From: Synechococcus sp.
Lineage (GTDB): Bacteria > Cyanobacteriota > Cyanobacteriia > Thermostichales > PCC-7336
DNA length: 53,890 nucleotides
Assembly: GCA_051439605.1 (NCBI GenBank)
Contig: JBFRWN010000107.1
Coordinates: forward strand, 1 to 53,890
Direction of reading: 5' to 3'
The position numbers and the translations under genes were made by a program. Under the pieces are notes generated by a model. That model made no database searches and was not told the DNA's origin. It was given only the letters and a program-made list of their open reading frames with translations. Shown piece by piece: positions 49,273-53,890 of this stretch. How positions within the stretch are numbered: the first letter of the stretch is position 1; each line of letters opens with the position of its first letter.

Positions 49273-49345
49273 TTGACTCCCTCAATGGATGCAGCTAATT
49301 TTACTTGTAATTCACTTTATACAGCGAATAGATGCGCTGAATAAA
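49273..49345 (+). promoter_or_regulatory. Sigma70-like promoter followed by an inverted repeat (candidate operator)
   Basis: TTGACT-N17-TAATTT (49273-49301); TTTAT-A-CAGCG-N8-CGCTG-A-ATAAA (49316-49345). Confidence 0.5.
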
Positions 49346-49396
49346 ATAATAGTTCGCAATAGTGTGAGTTGCTTGCCAATTTAGGAGTTGAGAATC

Positions 49397-49690
49397 ATGA
49401 ATGCCGATCCCATCCATCCCTTGGCTGCGTTTTTCTTACGGACTCAGCATCGAGTTCATCAACACCTTGGCGCAACCTCCGTCAGGGTTATGACGCGACA
49501 GTGGGGATGGGGTAAAATCCTCCCATTCAGGCGAGGTCGAAGCGCTAGAAAAGGGGATAATGCTAACCGAGCGATAGTCAATCGGCAGGATGTAAAGCCT
49601 TTGCAAAAGCCATTGAAACTGAAGGATGTAGAGCGCGTTCAGAAAGCCCGGCGGGTAGGTCACATTTTTGCTCAGAATCGTATCTGCTAG
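49397..49690 (+). CDS. Small basic hypothetical protein divergent from the S24 repressor
   Basis: AGGAG 9 nt before ATG 49397; 97 aa, Arg/Lys-rich; no family recognised. Confidence 0.5.
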   Translation: MNADPIHPLAAFFLRTQHRVHQHLGATSVRVMTRQWGWGKILPFRRGRSARKGDNANRAIVNRQDVKPLQKPLKLKDVERVQKARRVGHIFAQNRIC

Positions 49691-49701
49691 CAAAGTGGTG
49701 A

Positions 49702-51333
<1,632 letters not shown>

Positions 51334-51386
51334 TCTGAGCGTTCTACCTTCCTCCACAGCGTCTTTATTGCTGCAGTTTCAGCCCT

Positions 51387-52286
51387 TTGCAACCCTCACT
51401 TTCTCTGCCTCTGGTGGGTGTAATGACCTCGCTTGCCCAATCGATTGAACTGTGCCGCACCATTACGGCCAAACATGCAAAAACGTTTTATCTGGGCTCG
51501 CAGTTGATGCCGCTACAGAAACGGCATGCCATATGGGCGATTTATGCCTGGTTGCGCAACACCGATGAACTAGTGGACGGTGCAGAAGCAGGGACTACCA
51601 CTCCGGAAACACTCGACCTTTGGGAAGAAAACATGGAGGCTTTGTTTGCAGACAAAACCCTCTCCACTCCAACAGATGTAGCTTTAGTCGACGCCATCGA
51701 GCGTTACAGCATTCCTGTCGAGCCATTTCGAGAAATGATTGCTGGCCAACGTATGGATTTGGATCGCGATCGCTACGAGACTTGGGAAGAACTGCGTCTA
51801 TATTGCTATCGAGTTGCTGGAACCGTTGGGGAAATGTCTTCCGCCATTATGGGATTTGCTCCCGGCCAATATGCGTTGGAGGAAGCCATCTCCTTAGGCT
51901 TAGCTATGCAGCTAACCAACATTTTGCGGGATGTGGGGGAAGATGCCCGTCGCAGCCGCATTTACCTTCCTGCGGAAGATCTGAAGAAGTTCAACTATTC
52001 AGAACAAGACCTGTTCAACTGTGTGGTCGATCGCCGCTGGATCGCCTTGATGGATTTTGAAATCAAGCGTGCTCGCGATCTTTACGCCAAAGCAGAGTCG
52101 GGGATCTCGTCCTTGAACAAGGATGCCCGATGGCCGGTGTGGGCTTCGCTGATGCTGTATCGACAGATTCTCAATGCCATCGAGCGGAATCAATATCAAG
52201 TTTTCCGCCGTCGTGCCTACGTCTCCAAGTTGCGTAAAGCTGTGGCGCTACCGGTGGCTTGGTGGCGAGCACAGTATCGCTATTAG
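51387..52286 (+). CDS. crtB: Phytoene synthase (start may be ATG 51423)
   Basis: AKTFY, DELVD, YCYRVAGTVG and QLTNILRDVGED. Confidence 0.96.
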   Translation: MQPSLSLPLVGVMTSLAQSIELCRTITAKHAKTFYLGSQLMPLQKRHAIWAIYAWLRNTDELVDGAEAGTTTPETLDLWEENMEALFADKTLSTPTDVALVDAIERYSIPVEPFREMIAGQRMDLDRDRYETWEELRLYCYRVAGTVGEMSSAIMGFAPGQYALEEAISLGLAMQLTNILRDVGEDARRSRIYLPAEDLKKFNYSEQDLFNCVVDRRWIALMDFEIKRARDLYAKAESGISSLNKDARWPVWASLMLYRQILNAIERNQYQVFRRRAYVSKLRKAVALPVAWWRAQYRY

Positions 52287-52527
52287 GGGTTGATGGGTAC
52301 TCAAATACTTTGTTGGGACAGCATTTTAAGTATCTCTAAGTTCGGTGTAAGGCAGGGTGCTAATTTGTAGCTATGGAAGGTAATTTGGCCCATCTACATT
52401 TTGGTGCACTTTGAGTAGATCTGGCTGAATACCTACTCAGGTGAATTCGGCTCTCTGCAGGGGCAGTCTCTTGGTACCTAGTATCAAATCCAAGCAGACT
52501 GGGCATACTCAGTACGTCTTTCTGCAG

Positions 52528-53890
52528 ATGCCGATGAGTCTCTCTTCTTCCCGTCGTGCCTTAGTCGTCAGCCAAACTAGCGTTACTCCGTTTGGTCGCA
52601 AGCTCGTTCAAATGGGAGTGGCTGACAACGCTCAAGTACAACAAGCTTTCGAAACCCACCACGAAACTGGTCGGGACTTAATGTCAGTGATGGCGGAGAT
52701 CACTGGACAAGAGCTGACACCAGAACTTCAGCGACTGTACAAGCGGCAAGAGCTGTTCGAGCTCAGTGTTATTTTCGGTCTCAAAGCCCTCGATATAGCT
52801 CTGGCTGACATCAACTATGACGAAGTGTTAGCCCTAATCAACACCATCTTCTCCATCGATACCTGTAATCGCTACGAGATGTGTCCCATCTCCCAAACGG
52901 AAGATGTGGTTACCGTCGCTATGGTGAACCCCGAAAATCTCCAAGCGATGGATGACCTCAATCGACGCTTGCGATTGCAAGGTCTTTCCCTCGAGCGAGT
53001 GGTTTTTGGACCCAGTGATTTCGAGAGATTGCTGGACGAATGCCTCAACAAGCAAGCCGATTCGATTGATAGTGGAGATCGTCACGCTGAGGACTACGAT
53101 GACGGGGTTGATGACTACTACGAAGATGACGAAGAGGAAGAGCTTGACGACGAAGAATTTGAAGAGGAAGACATTGAGGTTACCGGTCGATTAGAAGACA
53201 TCGATCTGGATATTTCAGGTCTAGAAGAAGGTGATGACGAGAAAGGGGAATCTCTAGAAGCGGCTCTACGGTCTGCAGAAGGGGCACCCATCGTCAAGCT
53301 GGCCAACCAAATCATGGTTAAGGCCCTTAAAGAAGGGGTATCCGACATTCACTTAGAGCCTCAAGAGGAATATCTCCGGGTGCGATTCCGCCGAGACGGC
53401 GTGTTGAGAAAAGGCTTTGACAATCTCCCCAAGCGAATTACCTCTGCGCTCACTACTCGTTTCAAGATTCTGGCAGAACTCGATATTGCCGAGCGGCGCA
53501 AACCCCAGGACGGACGCATTCGGCGGATGTTCAAACGTCGTCGGATTGACTTCCGCGTCAACTCTTTGCCTTCCCGCTATGGCGAAAAAATCGTCATGCG
53601 AATTTTGGATAATTCCTCTACGAAACTGGGACTCGACAGGCTGATTTCCGATCCAGAAGTGCTGACTAGTTTCCGACAAGTGATCAATCGCCCCTTTGGC
53701 TTGATTCTCGTCACCGGCCCAACTGGCTCGGGTAAAACAACGTCGCTCTACTCTGCATTGGCTGAGTTGAATAACCCCGGCATCAACATCAGTACTGCTG
53801 AAGACCCGGTGGAATATTCGCTTAAAGGGGTAACGCAGGTGCAGGTGCTGCGAGAAAAAGGTATGGATTTTGCCAACATTCTACGGGCTT
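52528..53890 (+). CDS. pilB: Type IV pilus assembly ATPase PilB (GspE family), truncated by the window end
   Basis: Manual translation: SDIHLEP, LDIAERRKPQDGRI, YGEKIVMRILD, Walker A GPTGSGKTT, EDPVEY; not in the ORF track; start 52528 or 52534. Confidence 0.93.
   Translation, partial: MPMSLSSSRRALVVSQTSVTPFGRKLVQMGVADNAQVQQAFETHHETGRDLMSVMAEITGQELTPELQRLYKRQELFELSVIFGLKALDIALADINYDEVLALINTIFSIDTCNRYEMCPISQTEDVVTVAMVNPENLQAMDDLNRRLRLQGLSLERVVFGPSDFERLLDECLNKQADSIDSGDRHAEDYDDGVDDYYEDDEEEELDDEEFEEEDIEVTGRLEDIDLDISGLEEGDDEKGESLEAALRSAEGAPIVKLANQIMVKALKEGVSDIHLEPQEEYLRVRFRRDGVLRKGFDNLPKRITSALTTRFKILAELDIAERRKPQDGRIRRMFKRRRIDFRVNSLPSRYGEKIVMRILDNSSTKLGLDRLISDPEVLTSFRQVINRPFGLILVTGPTGSGKTTSLYSALAELNNPGINISTAEDPVEYSLKGVTQVQVLREKGMDFANILRA

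Noticed and set aside
47934..49690. Prophage
   Set aside because: No integrase, structural or replication genes; flanked directly by moaE and crtP.

Overview
Cyanobacterial chromosomal segment (abundant HIP1 octamer GCGATCGC; psbZ, bciB, crtP-crtB). It is mostly housekeeping: tRNA-Trp-secE-nusG-rplK-rplA, rpsF, recN, HU, ribH, folE, ilvH, RNase P RNA, purK, moaE, and pilB running off the right edge. Main points of interest: (1) a probable lipid-linked glycosylation locus at 1-8259 with a GT2, a heparinase-like soluble protein, a flippase-like protein and two paralogous GT-C-like membrane proteins, one missed by the ORF track; (2) a ~95-bp TA-flanked MITE-like repeat family with about 6 full-length or degenerate copies plus remnants, including one copy nested in another, one supplying a stop codon and one abutting a start codon; (3) a CBS-DXCF cyanobacteriochrome-PAS-GGDEF-EAL protein; (4) a MIG-type (T:G) mismatch glycosylase; (5) a Crp-family gene preceded by a Pho-box-like repeat; (6) an RNase P RNA with an L13 insertion and an extra helix; (7) a lone phage-repressor-like HTH-S24 gene divergent from an orphan ORF, next to an orphan PIN gene. 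No database searches were run; family calls come from motif recognition.
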